From NCBI GenBank assembly GCA_036172245.1, contig JAYWIR010000001.1, positions 9,610,001 through 9,674,000 on the forward strand: a stretch of 64,000 nucleotides of DNA, read 5' to 3'. Each line of letters opens with the position of its first letter. The stretch's first letter is position 1. The DNA comes from Raillietiella orientalis. Its lineage: Eukaryota. The translations under genes and the position numbers were made by a program. Positions 34,101 through 45,890 of this stretch are shown here, piece after piece. The notes below the pieces were generated by a model that saw only the letters and a list, made by a program, of their open reading frames with translations, was not told the DNA's origin and made no database searches.

Positions 34101-37100
34101 CTAGGCGGAACCCACCTGTCGCTGCTTTTTCTTCCTGATGGCCCTGCTCTCTTCCTCTTCCTCTTCCTCCTCCTCCTCCTCCTCCTCCTCCTCATCATCA
34201 TCATCATCATCATCATCATCGTCGTCATCTTCGTTCTCGTCGTCGTCCTCATCGTCGTCGTCGTCAGGGTCGTCTTCGGGTTCGTCGCCATACTCTTCGT
34301 CGTCTTCGTCTTCGTCTTCGCCGTCGTCGTTGTCTTCCGTGAACTGTGAGGAGAAGCGTTCGTCCTGGCATCCGAGAACCTGAAAGACGCAAAGTGGAAT
34401 CTGGTCCCATCCCCTTGCCGGGTCGGAGAGGGAACGACTCCCCCCCTCGGGGGGTTGAGCTCACTCACCTCCTTTTCCGACTCTTCCGGGGATCGGCGGA
34501 CCTGTTTGAGGAAGCGCTGACGCGACTCACGCCCGCGGAGGGCACGGACAAAGCGGTCCAGCTTCTCCTTGAGACGGACGCACTTGTCCGACAAGAGGCC
34601 TTCCTCCTCGGAGGACTCCGGAGCCTTCTTGAGCACCTCACCCACCCGTGACAGCAGGTCCCGAACCGCGTCGCACAGCAGACTGGAAGAGGGAGGAGGA
34701 GGCGGCGGGAAAGGGGAAGGAAAGGGAAATCACACCCACCCCACCACCACCACCATCACCACCACCGAGAACTCCTCTTACTTGGTCGACTCCAGGATGT
34801 CCGCCTGCTCGTCAGAGCGCAGGATATGCTCCGTGTGAATGTGGACAGTGTCCTCGAAGGCAGCCATCGATCCACACGCGCGGGATGGCTTTCGGAAGAA
34901 GGAAATCTGCGACTCGTAGACCACGATGCTCCACCTGAGAGCACAAGCGCGTGACGAGGGATCGGGGGAAGGAGGGAAACACAGGAAGAAGTGAAAGATC
35001 CGAAGAAATGCCCGAGCAAAGTACCTGTCCAGCATCTTTATGGTGGCCTTCTCGTACTTGTCCAGGATCTGTGGCAGCTGAGTATCGTCATCGCACGAGC
35101 TTCCCCAACCCAGTACTCTCGCGAGGTCGTTGCCCGTGCCCAGAGGGAGGACGCCGACCTGGCACTGCTTCTGGGTGAAACATCGCCGTTAGACTGGCGA
35201 GCAAAGAGATCACGCGAGAGCAGGAGACGGAAAGAGGGAGAGGGAAGAGCAGGTCGCAGCACCCTCAGGACCCTGATAGACAGGGAGTGGCCGAGCAAGG
35301 ATTGTCAGGAACAGGAAAGGAACACCTCGCGGAGCCAAACAAAGGACGAGGCAATGTCCGAGGAACCAGGAGGGAAAGTGGGACCTACCAAACCGGGAGC
35401 GCGTTGGCGGCCGTGTGATTACGGAGTGTGTCGGCGGCACCAGGAGCTCCGGCTTCCAATCCCCCCGAGAAGGACGCACTCCTAGAACGAGGATGTCGTA
35501 GATTTCGAGTCCCCTGACGTGAGTTGGAGCACAGGCTTCGATCATGGCACTGGAAGGACGCTTGAACGCGTTGGAGCCCCCGAAGGCTAGCCGGAGTTGG
35601 GAGTAGACCTAACGGGATCCTTCCAAGAATCACGGATCTGGTTCCCTTCCGGGCTCCCCTCCAGTTTGTGGCAGGAAGTCGGTCCCCCTCCCTATCCAGG
35701 TTGCGAGAAGCGTGCTTTCTCCGGGGAAGCGCCTCAGAGGGGTAAACAAGGAACAGTTCTCTTAGGAGACAACTAGGGGAGAGGGTTCCCTTTGGGGTTC
35801 CACCCGGCCGAGTAACATGCTCCCAATGGGTGGCGTTAATAGCGTTCAAAGAGTCACTATGGAAAGGAGCCGGTTCTTGAGCACTCAGCGAACCAAAAGG
35901 GAAAGAAAATCGAAACGGCTGATGGAGGAACCTCAGGATTTCCATCATCCTAGACCAACAGTAACGATCTCCTCGAGATCACTATTGGCCTTTAAAAAGC
36001 AAAAAAACAAAAACCGGGAGGGATGAAAGGATGACCCACTGCAACAGACTGCAAGAAGGCCAACCTATGGGAACCGAGCTGAAGGGTGGACGATGCGAGA
36101 AGAGCACAGACTTCTCAGGCGCTCAAGAAGGGAGCAAAGAGGAAGGGTGACTTTCTTCCAGCACGTACTCATCCCCTGAGTGATCCTTGTCACCCAATTT
36201 CTCCGGGGCGTACATCTTCCCTGAGACCTTGGGGGAAGAAAGGTCCTCAAACACCGAGGGGGACTAGTCAAGGATGCAGGCCCCACATGATCAGACGAGC
36301 GTTCGATGTGCTGCGCCACGGGTTGAGGGAGACTGGAGAGCCAAAGAGGTCCCGGAGAGAGGGTCCCTGCGGATTTGGGGCAGCATCCACAGGCAAGACG
36401 CCTTTTTTCGAGAGTCTCGCCCCTACTCCCCAGAAGTGGCACCCCTGAAGTCGCAAGAAACTTCCATGGGATTCGTGGGGGACGAGGAATCCACAGGCTC
36501 CTCTCTTCCTTTCTCCTTTAGTGGTGCAGGGAGAGCTAGGGGAGCACGTTGGCATAAGTGCGCCCTGAAGGCGTGGCAGGTCGCGGAAGAGACCTTCGGG
36601 ATGCGAAGGGGACTTTGGATGGAGGCGTAGGGGCACTCGAAGAGGACAATCTGACAGGATCCGAGCACCCACCGGCCAGAAATGCAGGAAGAATGGCGCC
36701 ATCGAGGAGAGGCGCGCCGGCAGGAGGAGATGCACATCTTGCCGTCACGGAACTCAGCACTCGAGACGTGAGCTTTCGCGAGGCGTTCGATCCCTGAAAA
36801 GGGCATGCTCTGCCCTGTATCAAGGTCGCTGTGTGCCACCCACCCAAAGGAATCTCGAGAACTCCGACCCTCTCCTGCCGGCGACCGGCTATAAAAGAGA
36901 GAGCAGCAGGCGCCCCATCTCGTGTGACCCTGGAAGTGGACCCATGGTGGAAAGCCAACCTGCCATTCCGAGATTTAAAAAAAAATAACACACACGCATA
37001 CAAGGAGCTTGCCAGGGACAAATCCTTCCTCTTCCTCCCCTGTCTTCCTGGTGAAAGTGGTGCATAAGAGGAGGAGGAGGAAGAGCTTTTCCAATCGCCG

Positions 37101-40100
37101 GCAAGCGAGGATGCGAAAGCTTGTGTTCGGTCAGATGCAGGAAACCCGGTCCGACGGGGTTCGACGAAGAATGCCGACAGCAACAGCCCCCGAAGACACA
37201 GACAGCAGAGAGAGAGCCTCGACAACCAGCAGACAGCTACGACGACGGCGAAAGAGGTCGCAGAGACGTTGCATTCCAGCAGGGAAGACTGACATCCAGC
37301 TCGGGAAACCGAGAAAAGGAAACTGCAAGCGAGGAGAAGACGGTGGGCGGGAGCGGGAGGGCCGGAGGGGATCCCCCGACGTCTCTTACCTGCATCTGTA
37401 GCTTATCGATTTCGCTCAGGACCCAGCCGACGGAGCCATCCCCGCCACAGACGAGGATGCGGAACGGGTCGAAGGTTCGGAAGAGCTTCAGTCTGCGCGG
37501 CCCGCTCCTAGCGTCAGCGGATGCGAACGAGGGGGGAGGTCCACTGACCCGAAAGAGGGCTCTCTTTCCATGAGATCAAAGACCTGAGCCGGGTTGAGCA
37601 ACTGCTTGAACTTCCGCAGGAACTTCATCCCTTGGTTGTCCCCGGACTTCGAGTTGACGAAGACGAGCAGGGGAGAGCATCCGACGGGACGAGCAGCTTC
37701 CCACACGTCATCGGAACCTGGAGGAGGTGGTGCAGTGGTGGCAGCACGGGGCGGCGGCGCACCGGCCGACGAGCGCCCGTGGGCGACAGTGACTTCGGGT
37801 TCGCACGAACGCGAAGCAAGCGGCTTGAAAGCGTTGGCTCGCCTGGGCACGCGCGCCTGCAAGCCGCGCTACGCGGAGGTCTCTCCGCCTTTCACCAGCC
37901 CAGCGTTCGCGCACGCGGATTGGGCCCGTTTGAGGCGGTCAGGAGGCTACCAATTCCCTTCCTTCCCGCTCTGATGAACGAATGGCTCAAGACTGCCTTT
38001 CGCTGTTTGCCCAGCTCCGTTCCACTTCATACTCTCCACTCCCTGGGAGACTGCATTAGCGGAAGCCGACGGCGACCGTTCTTCTTCCTTTCAGAGGCAT
38101 TCGGCGGACCTTCCTCAAGGTCTTGGGAGAAAGATTTCCCGCGCTGAGTGCACAAGAATCCCGGACTCCGCGTGCTGTCGAGGCAAGCTGGCAGCTTGCT
38201 GAGGCCTCAGTGGCAGCGGGCGCATGCAAGACCGCGCGCGGGGTGCTCCGGAAAGGCGAACTCATTGTTCGCCTTTCCAGAGCACCGGACGGACCGAGAA
38301 GAAACGATCGAGGAAACTGCGAACCGGAGGCTGGTGCGCCAAGGCCGCGAGGAGCGCAGACGGGGCGTGGGCGGAACTCCAGCTGCGACCGAAAGCACAC
38401 AGATGGGGAGAGGGGGAGTGGGGGCCGAATGCGACGCGAAAGGAGCCACCTCTCCTGTAATGTACGTTTGCGTGGGAAAAGAGGTCACTGCACGCTCCCG
38501 CACAGGAAGATCAACTTACCAATGACGTGAAGAGCAATGGGGGGCACCACGGACACCCTGCACGGACCCAGGGGGCAGATTGCAGAGATGAGGGGTCGGC
38601 ACGCGGTGTGGACAGTGGAGCGGCACCAGAGGCACTTCCAGTCCTGCAACCTGCAACAGTGGCTCTTGAGAAAAACGGGGCAAGACACAGAGTGGTAAGG
38701 GAAGAGTGGTCAGCAGTCATGCACACGCCGCAGGCTTCTTCATTCCGTGATGCTTCGAGGAAGCTGCTCCTTTTCACCCGGCTACCTCCGTTTCACTGCC
38801 GAGTACCCTCTTCCTGGTCTTCCCACTGACCTCCCGCAAAGCAGGAGCCACCCGCTCTTCTGGACGCACTTCTGGAGAGCTCCTCCCTCTTTCCGTGAAG
38901 ACCTCCGGCAGTGAAAGGCGAAGGATGTGAAGTCTCGGCACTGACAACCACATGGTCACGGACCAGGAAGGAGGATGAAGCCTTGTAGGAATGTTTTTTT
39001 GCATGGCAGAGAGCCTTTCTCGACAACTTTCTCTCCCCCTTCCTCTTCCCTCTCCTCCTCTTTACTCCCCTCCTCCCTTTCCTCCTCCTCCCTTCCACCT
39101 CCTCCTCCTCTTTAGTCCTTTTTCCTTGTCTGTTGCAGCACACCCCACGACACAAGGAGCGCTGCTACAGACAAGCACCTTCCGGAGGATCCCACCGGAA
39201 TCCAGAGCAAATGATCACGTGGGGCCACCCCATGCTTACCGAAAAGCCACTCGACGTCGCAGGCAAAGACGACAAAGAGTCCCGTAAGTTGAAAGGAGAA
39301 CTTGCAGGGTCAGCTCCGCGTCAGCCGAGAGAGGGTGCGCTGAATGTCTCCAAGGACTCAGGAAGAAGAGGCGAGCAGGGGTGCGCCCCCGAGGCGACGG
39401 GCCGGCAGGAGACGAGCACGAGGGAAGGAGGCGGACGCCGAGAGAGGGGCAGGGCCGCCGGTGATAAAGAATGACGAGCCGGGCCTTGGAACTAGGGTTA
39501 AGCTTCCTTCTCCGGAACTGGAGGTTCTTAGCAGCACTTAGTTTCCGGAAGCCGGGATGGATGGGCCGCGCCACTCTTTCGTCTCCTCGGACGCGCCTAG
39601 GCTGCTGTGTCGGAGGCAGTCTTCTGCCGGAAACGCATGATCTTCCCGGGGCTTCCCTCGGCTTCGCAGAGGGGAGCTCCGTGAGAAGGTCAGGCGACGG
39701 AAGGCGATCCCAGTGCCGTCGGAAGAAGCGCTCTCACGCACAGAAAGGAACAGAGAAACCCTGGGAACCGGAAGTGCAATTTTCGAGCACCTCCGTGACG
39801 TCACGCAAGTGATGCAGAGGTGCAGCGGGTGCTGAGCGTGACGGACACACATGTCGCCATGGACACCTCACCTGAAGGGGGAGGGGAACACGCGTGGAGA
39901 AAAGGTTCCTCGGGAAGCCGCAGAGACGGCGGACCCCGAACTGACCGACCATCGTTCGGTCTTCCGGACCCGGGAAACGTGGTCGACGAGCAACGGCAAT
40001 CCCCAAATTACCGGAGACCCTGGAGGAAGGAGGAAGATCGACCCTGGCGCACGCATGCTCAGCTCCTGTGCGATGGAGAGAACCTCCTGCCATCCCGGTA

Positions 40101-43100
40101 GCGACCCCGCCTCAAGATAAAATCACTCTCCATCCTTCAGGGCGAGTCTCCCCAACGGAGTACGGGAGCCGATGAATTCCCTACGGCCACGCTGAGGCCT
40201 ATTCTACCGCAAAGGGACCAAGTATCACGCGGAGTGGTGCGCGACCATGCCCCCCGGCACGTGAACACCTGTACGCGCGGAGTCGCGCATGGTTCGCCAG
40301 AAGAAGGGGAAAGGAGGAGGAGGCTGGGCACCCTGCTCCGAGGAAAAGAGGAGGCAGGGAAGCCGACAACTCCCCCCCAAAGGCCGCGAGAGGTCGGACA
40401 GCCCTCGCGCTCCTCCCGTCAGTCACTCCTGCTAGCCCTCTCCATTTGAGGGAAGAGTGCGACAGGAGACGCCCTGCGGCAGTCCCCCACACAGTAAGGA
40501 TCCCTTCCGGGAGACACGGGAACCTTCCTTGGGAAGGAGGCTCCTACCCCATAAGTCCCCGGGCGAAAGTTCGGAGTTCCCAAGACCCTCTCCCCTGGAG
40601 GACCCTTTCCTCCTCCCTGAAGATGTACGATCGCTCCCGGTCACGCGAGAGAGGACAGCGGACTGATTTCCAAGGACGGCGGAAGGTGGGAGGGAGATGG
40701 GTCCTTCCCCTCCCCCCTCCAGGAGAGGTGAGGCCGTACCTTATCACAGATCCACAGGTTTTATCACAGGCGGCGCACTTGGCGGACACGGGAAGGTTGC
40801 CCTCCAACCACTGGTGCGGCATGGCCAGGTTCTGGAAGAGACCGACACAGCATCACTGGGAGGCGGCGGGGACGCGCGGGGGCAGAAGTCCCACCTCCAG
40901 CGATCTGGAGTCTGGCCGCCACCACGAGCATCGCAAGAGGGATCACCCCCGGCGCTCCAGGCGGGACGGGAACGTCGTCAAGCAGAAACGCTGGCAACGG
41001 AGTTCCCCTGCCTGCGTTCTCCCTCACCCTTTTCCGGCAGACAGTCGGCGTGTTCGCTACCTCCTCTTCTCCCTCTTCCCTTTCTCCTCTATCTCTTCCC
41101 TCCTCCGCGTTGCTTCTGCATGTGTGTATGAGAGAAGGGGTGACCAAGCTCACCCCAAGCAAGAAGAGATCCTCCACCCTCCCTTCCTTCCTTCCTCTTC
41201 CTCCTCCTTCATTCCTTCCTTCTCTCTTCCTTCTTTCTCTTCCATTCCTCCTTCTCCCTCCCTCTTTTCCTCCTCTGCCTCCGTTCCTCCCTTCCCTCCT
41301 CCTCCTCTCTTACTTTCTCCTCCCCCTCCCTTCCTTGTCCCTTGTCCTCCTTTCCTCCTTTTCTCTTCCCTTCCTCCTCCGTGCTTCTTTTGCACGTGTG
41401 CTGACCAAACCACCCCCAGGCAAGAAGAGGTCGCAGTGCAAAGCGGATCCCAGCTGCTTCTCTAGAAGCGACTGCACAGCACGGCGCCCCGCAATGCCTC
41501 TGACCTTCCTCGGCGCCACGCGCTCACTCGCCTCCCCTCTTCGCACCCCGCCTCGCATCCGTCCCCTGAACTGCCAGGGGAGAGTGGGGGAGCGCTCAGA
41601 GCTTCGGGAGTGCCACTCACGACAAGCCGGAGAGAGAAAGACGCCAGAAGACGAAAAGCAAGGCAATGTCCGTGGCCCAGGTTAACCTCTTACTCTGTGC
41701 GCGCCACGCGTCAGCAGAGCCCACCCCCTTACCAGGCGGTGCCTGCGATAGGAAGTCCTCGGGGCAGTCCACACACACTTGGAGATCGCGCCACGCAAGA
41801 GCGAAGGGGGCTCCCCAGCTTGCTGGGAGTGGTCCGCGTCCGCACCTGTCTCCTCAATCCTCGCCAGGACGCGATCCTCAACATGCCACCTCCTTTCCAA
41901 GAAAAAGGATGGAGAGACGGAATGCGAGAAAACAGGGTAAGAAAAAAGAGGGGTCGGGATTTCGCAACCAACACTCCCGGTCAAAACCAAAGGCAACGAG
42001 ACGTTTCCCTGGCAACCGTTTTGCGCACCGCTACCCCCTGCCCCCAGGTCGGTCGCCTCCTTCTCTGCCTCCCCTTCGTTTTCTCGCACTTCTCAAGTGC
42101 TCCCCGACCTCCCTTGACTGGTGGAGATGAGCGCCAGCTGGTGGGCGGGTGGGCGGTGAGGTACTCTCTCAGACCCCAGAGCTGTCCTCCAACGCTACCT
42201 GCAGCAAAGCGGTCAACGCGCGGCCGATGGCCTGAGGGCAGCCGGTTCCTCCCCGCCAGCGGACCCGATTCCCGCGGCCTCCCGGAAAGTCGCTTTCCGG
42301 GGCGCGCTATCGTCCCATCCTTGGAAGCTGAAGCGCCGCGGGCGGATCTCGGAGAGAAGGGGAGAATCCTCGTCGTTGCCAATACGACTCGGCTGTCTCC
42401 CCCCGTGATGTCAGGACAGCGAGCGAACCGACTGCTCACCAGGAGGGAGGGTGCGGCAGGGCTTTTTTAACGCACGAACGTCCGCGACCGGCCGACCCCG
42501 TTCTCCTCCCTTTGGATACTTCCAGGTCCGTGTCCCCATGGAGACAGCTGAGCGAAGTCTTCAGCGATCCGCGGTGCACCCCCAAGAGCGAAGGTTTCCA
42601 TCCAGAGGCGCTTCGCTTCTGGGACCGCCCTGGACGATGCCCGCTCTCCGACGGCGAGAGGCAACGGAAGTCCGACGCGCGAAGGGGGCGTACAGTCTGC
42701 CGGAAAAAAAACGTTCTTGGGGACCGAGGGATGAGGAAGGAAGTTGTTTCCGTCGAGCAAGGGAGGGGGGGGGAGGTCCTCCTCTCTGCCTCCAGCGGTG
42801 GTGGCAGAGAGGAGGACTCCTGAAGCACTCCTGCAGGGCGGACGCCGGCGGGGGGTGGCAGCGAGGCCGTCCGACCCCGTCACCGCCGCTGGAGAGCTCG
42901 CCTGGTAGGGGCCGTTCGGCTCCCCCCGCCCACTCCGGAGCGCCACCGACGGCAACGACGACGACGACGACGACCGACGGCGACCCAGGAAAGGCCTCCT
43001 CCGCTCTCGCCGAGGAGAGAGTACGCCTCCTCCCCGAGGAAGCCGCAGCATCTTTCGCTCTGTGAGTAGCGGCAGGAGGCGGAGGACGCAGGGAGTTCCC

Positions 43101-43719
43101 GGAGGCGCGAACCGGAACGCGCGCGCGCGCGACGGAAGCCTAGTCTTGCGGCGGGAGCGATCGATGAGCCCCGCTGCTGCTCCTCCACTGAGGGCTGCGC
43201 ACGCGCACGGCAGAGGAAGAGACGAAGAGGAGGGACAGGAGAGATGACCTGGAGGGCAAGCGGAGAGGGTGGGCTCCCCATCCCCCATCCCGACGGCGCC
43301 GCCGCAAGAGAAAGCCACTCGCGGCTCTTTTCGTGGCGGACCGGGTAAAGGTCAGGTAGGGTTCGTCGCCGCACGACAAGTGGAATTTCCTACCGAACAC
43401 GATCCACCCTTCCCCCTGGCTTCCTGATGAGGAAGGGGAGATGTAGGCAGGGAACGAGACTCCACTACACTGTGCTGCTCACCCCTTCGGAATCCTCGAT
43501 GATGTTCTTCCCCACGCTGGCCAGGGTGGTCCACTTGCAGTTGCTGATGGTTTTGGAGGCGCATCGCTTGTGGGCTTTGAACTTGCAGACCTCACAGGTC
43601 AGCCCGTGCGACGTTACCCCGGACAGCGACTCGTGGCACACGTTGCAGAAGGTGGGGCGGGCGTGGGAGGAGGACTGCCAGCGGTGCTTCCCGGAGAGGA
43701 AATCCAGACTGAAGGAGTC
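31111..43719 (-). CDS. DGKH/DGKD-like: Type II diacylglycerol kinase (DGK delta/eta-like): C1-C1-DAGKc-insert-DAGKa-SAM
   Basis: Phase-consistent GT-AG exons: 43719-43483 (C1a [13 protein letters not shown]), 40831-40740 and 38650-38520 (C1b [10 protein letters not shown]), 37717-37549 ([15 protein letters not shown]), 37492-37390 (CGGDGSVGW), 35170-35025 ([11 protein letters not shown]), 34934-34782, 34682-34469, 34379-34116, 33982-33779 (RINSLRKA), 33725-32764, 32694-32526 ([11 protein letters not shown]), 32470-32075 (PVQVDGEAW), 31968-31729, 31678-31580, 31533-31111 ([13 protein letters not shown]...[11 protein letters not shown]). Confidence 0.96.
35400..35890 (+). mobile_element. SINE-like repeat family A, in a DGK intron
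   Basis: Head GCGCGTTGGCGGCCGTGTG...GGCTTCCAATCCC, second box GTCGTAGATTTCGAGTCCCC, GGTTCCCT core and tail GGGTGGCGTT...GGTTCTTGAGCAC. Confidence 0.65.
41175..41380. repeat. Polypyrimidine low-complexity tract in a DGK intron
   Basis: About 200 bp almost exclusively C/T. A shorter similar tract lies at ~39030-39125. Confidence 0.85.
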
Positions 43720-45652
43720 CTGAAAGGAGAGGGAAGCGGGGCTGAGGAGAGATCACTGCATCCTCCCGCGATGGCGCACGCTGGACGGCGCGGGGAGATC
43801 AGAAAGGAAGGTCATCTACCCCACGGAAGACTGCGCGGGAGAGGGAGGCTAAGGAGAGACCAGCCGCGAGCAGAGCGACCTTCGATACCCTCGGAGAGGA
43901 GACTCAGACCAGGAAACGCGAGGTGCCCGGGCAAGTCTGAGGTCGGATAGGAAAGCGAAGTCGGAGAGCAACCAGTCCCCTGAGCGACGGACACGCGTGG
44001 CAACGTTTTGTTTGCGCTCAGGAAGAACGGAGATGCGCCTCCCACCCTCTCCCGGACCCACATCAACAGGAAGCGGGAACAAAACAGGATCGGGTAGGGC
44101 CGGGGGCGAGGAAAGACGCCCGATTGCCTGCCGAGGGCTGCGTGGGCTGCGTAAAATCTGCTCCTCAGGAATCGGGAACCCTCTGGACAGGATGCGTGCG
44201 ACCTGGAGGATCAGGAGTAACGCACGTCACGGGAAACCGCCGGAGGACGTGGGTGCATCCCACGTCCTCCGACGGTTGCGCGGAGCATTTGGAAGGGCGG
44301 GGACCGTAGTTGATCCCCCGCATCCGTATCCTTCCGCAGGAGACCGTTCCAGCTGGCACCACGGAGCTGCATGAGTCGCCGCCATCCCTCTGGAAGCGCT
44401 CCCTACCTCCGGCTTGAAGGATAGGGATCGGTCGAATATGCCGTGGACCATTTCCACGGCATATTCGATCGTGAGAGCCTCGCACCCCGGAAGCTGGACT
44501 GCGCTCGTGGACTCCCCGTGCCCACGGGAAGACGAGGCGGTGAAGAGGAAAGAGAGGGACGACTGAGACAACGTGCAAGGAGAGGAGGAAGAGGAGGACG
44601 GGGTGGGCGGCTGGAGCTGCAGCGAGAGCGCCTCGCATGCCGAAGCACCACGGCATGAGAGTGCTTTGAGCACAGATGACACAAGAGCCGTTCTGTTGCG
44701 CCCCCAACAAGAGCTCCAGCGGCCTCATCAAACCTCGCCGGACCGCGGACGGCTGCCAAAGATCTCAGAAGAGACCGCGGACGAGATACTCACGTACTTC
44801 ACGAGCCGGAGTCCCCAAACAGGACGTCAGGCGCGTGCGCAGACCTCCTTGAAGAATGACCTTGAGAAAGGACCACGCGCACTCGCCGGAGAGCGTCGTT
44901 GACTTTCTCCCAACGTTCCCGACTGCCATAGATTTTCTGATGCTGACCGAACACGTCTCCCCACTACGAAACCCTCGGGACACACGACAGAACGCGGTCT
45001 GAGGGACTGGCCACCTCAGGGAATAACGCTGGCGCTGACGCAAGAAGCTTTTGTAGAAATAAATAAATCCACGTAGGGCTTCCCTGTCCAATGACGTCGA
45101 AAAGTCTCCCTTCCCCCAATCCCCTGAAAATCCACCTCGTGCAAGACAGAGAGAAACGCTGCTGCTTTGGCTGTCGCTGTGCAGCGCACGTCGGCAGCGC
45201 CAGAGGCTGCAAGGAGCAGCACCACGCCGGGCATCGGCCCGCACTCGCGCAATTGACCTCCTGATCTATCTAGTGGTTCCTCGCCGCGCCGCGCTTCCCT
45301 AATACCCGGAAGGAGAGTTCGCAGGCGGCCCATGGTAACTACCTGGCGAAAGAAAAGCCTCCCGAGAGCCCACTAGACAACCACGCGGTTGCTTTGAGGG
45401 AGCAGATCATAGGATACACGTGGACCGTCCCTACGCGCTTTCCGCATCCCCTTCAGGGAGCGAGCATTCCCAAGCGCCGTCCCAAGAGACACTCGCGTCC
45501 AGCCCAGGCACCCCTGTCGCAAACCCTGTGAGGAGGTCGAAGCGGAGAGGAACCATGACGCGGCCTCCACGGAAAGCGTTGGCACCCCGTCGACTACACC
45601 CGAACAGGAGGGGGGATCCCGCTAAAGGAACAGACCAACGGAGGCGCCGTAC

Positions 45653-45890
45653 CTTAGAATCCTCTTTCCTGCTTCTGGTCTTTGAAGAGGAAATCCAGTC
45701 CTCCATGTCATCACACCACCAGCGACTGCCAGATTCCTTGCTGGAAATGCAGAAGAAGAAGAAAAATGTGCATTCATAAAGAGGACGCTGAAAGGAGGGT
45801 GCGGATCAAAGGCAAGGACACCTGGTGGGCAGTGTGTTGCGAAACCAGCGTGCCTGATAAGCGAGCTGGACCGCACCCTCGTGCAAGGAC
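45653..45890 (-). CDS. DGKH/DGKD-like: Probable upstream DGK exons (45890-45822 and 45740-45653) encoding a vestigial PH domain
   Basis: GT-AG boundaries with polypyrimidine acceptors; phases join in frame to exon 43719. They encode SLHEGAV...RWFRN (~PH start IKEGxL...RW) and DMEDWISSSKT (~PH end EMEDWIxxLK). Confidence 0.6.
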
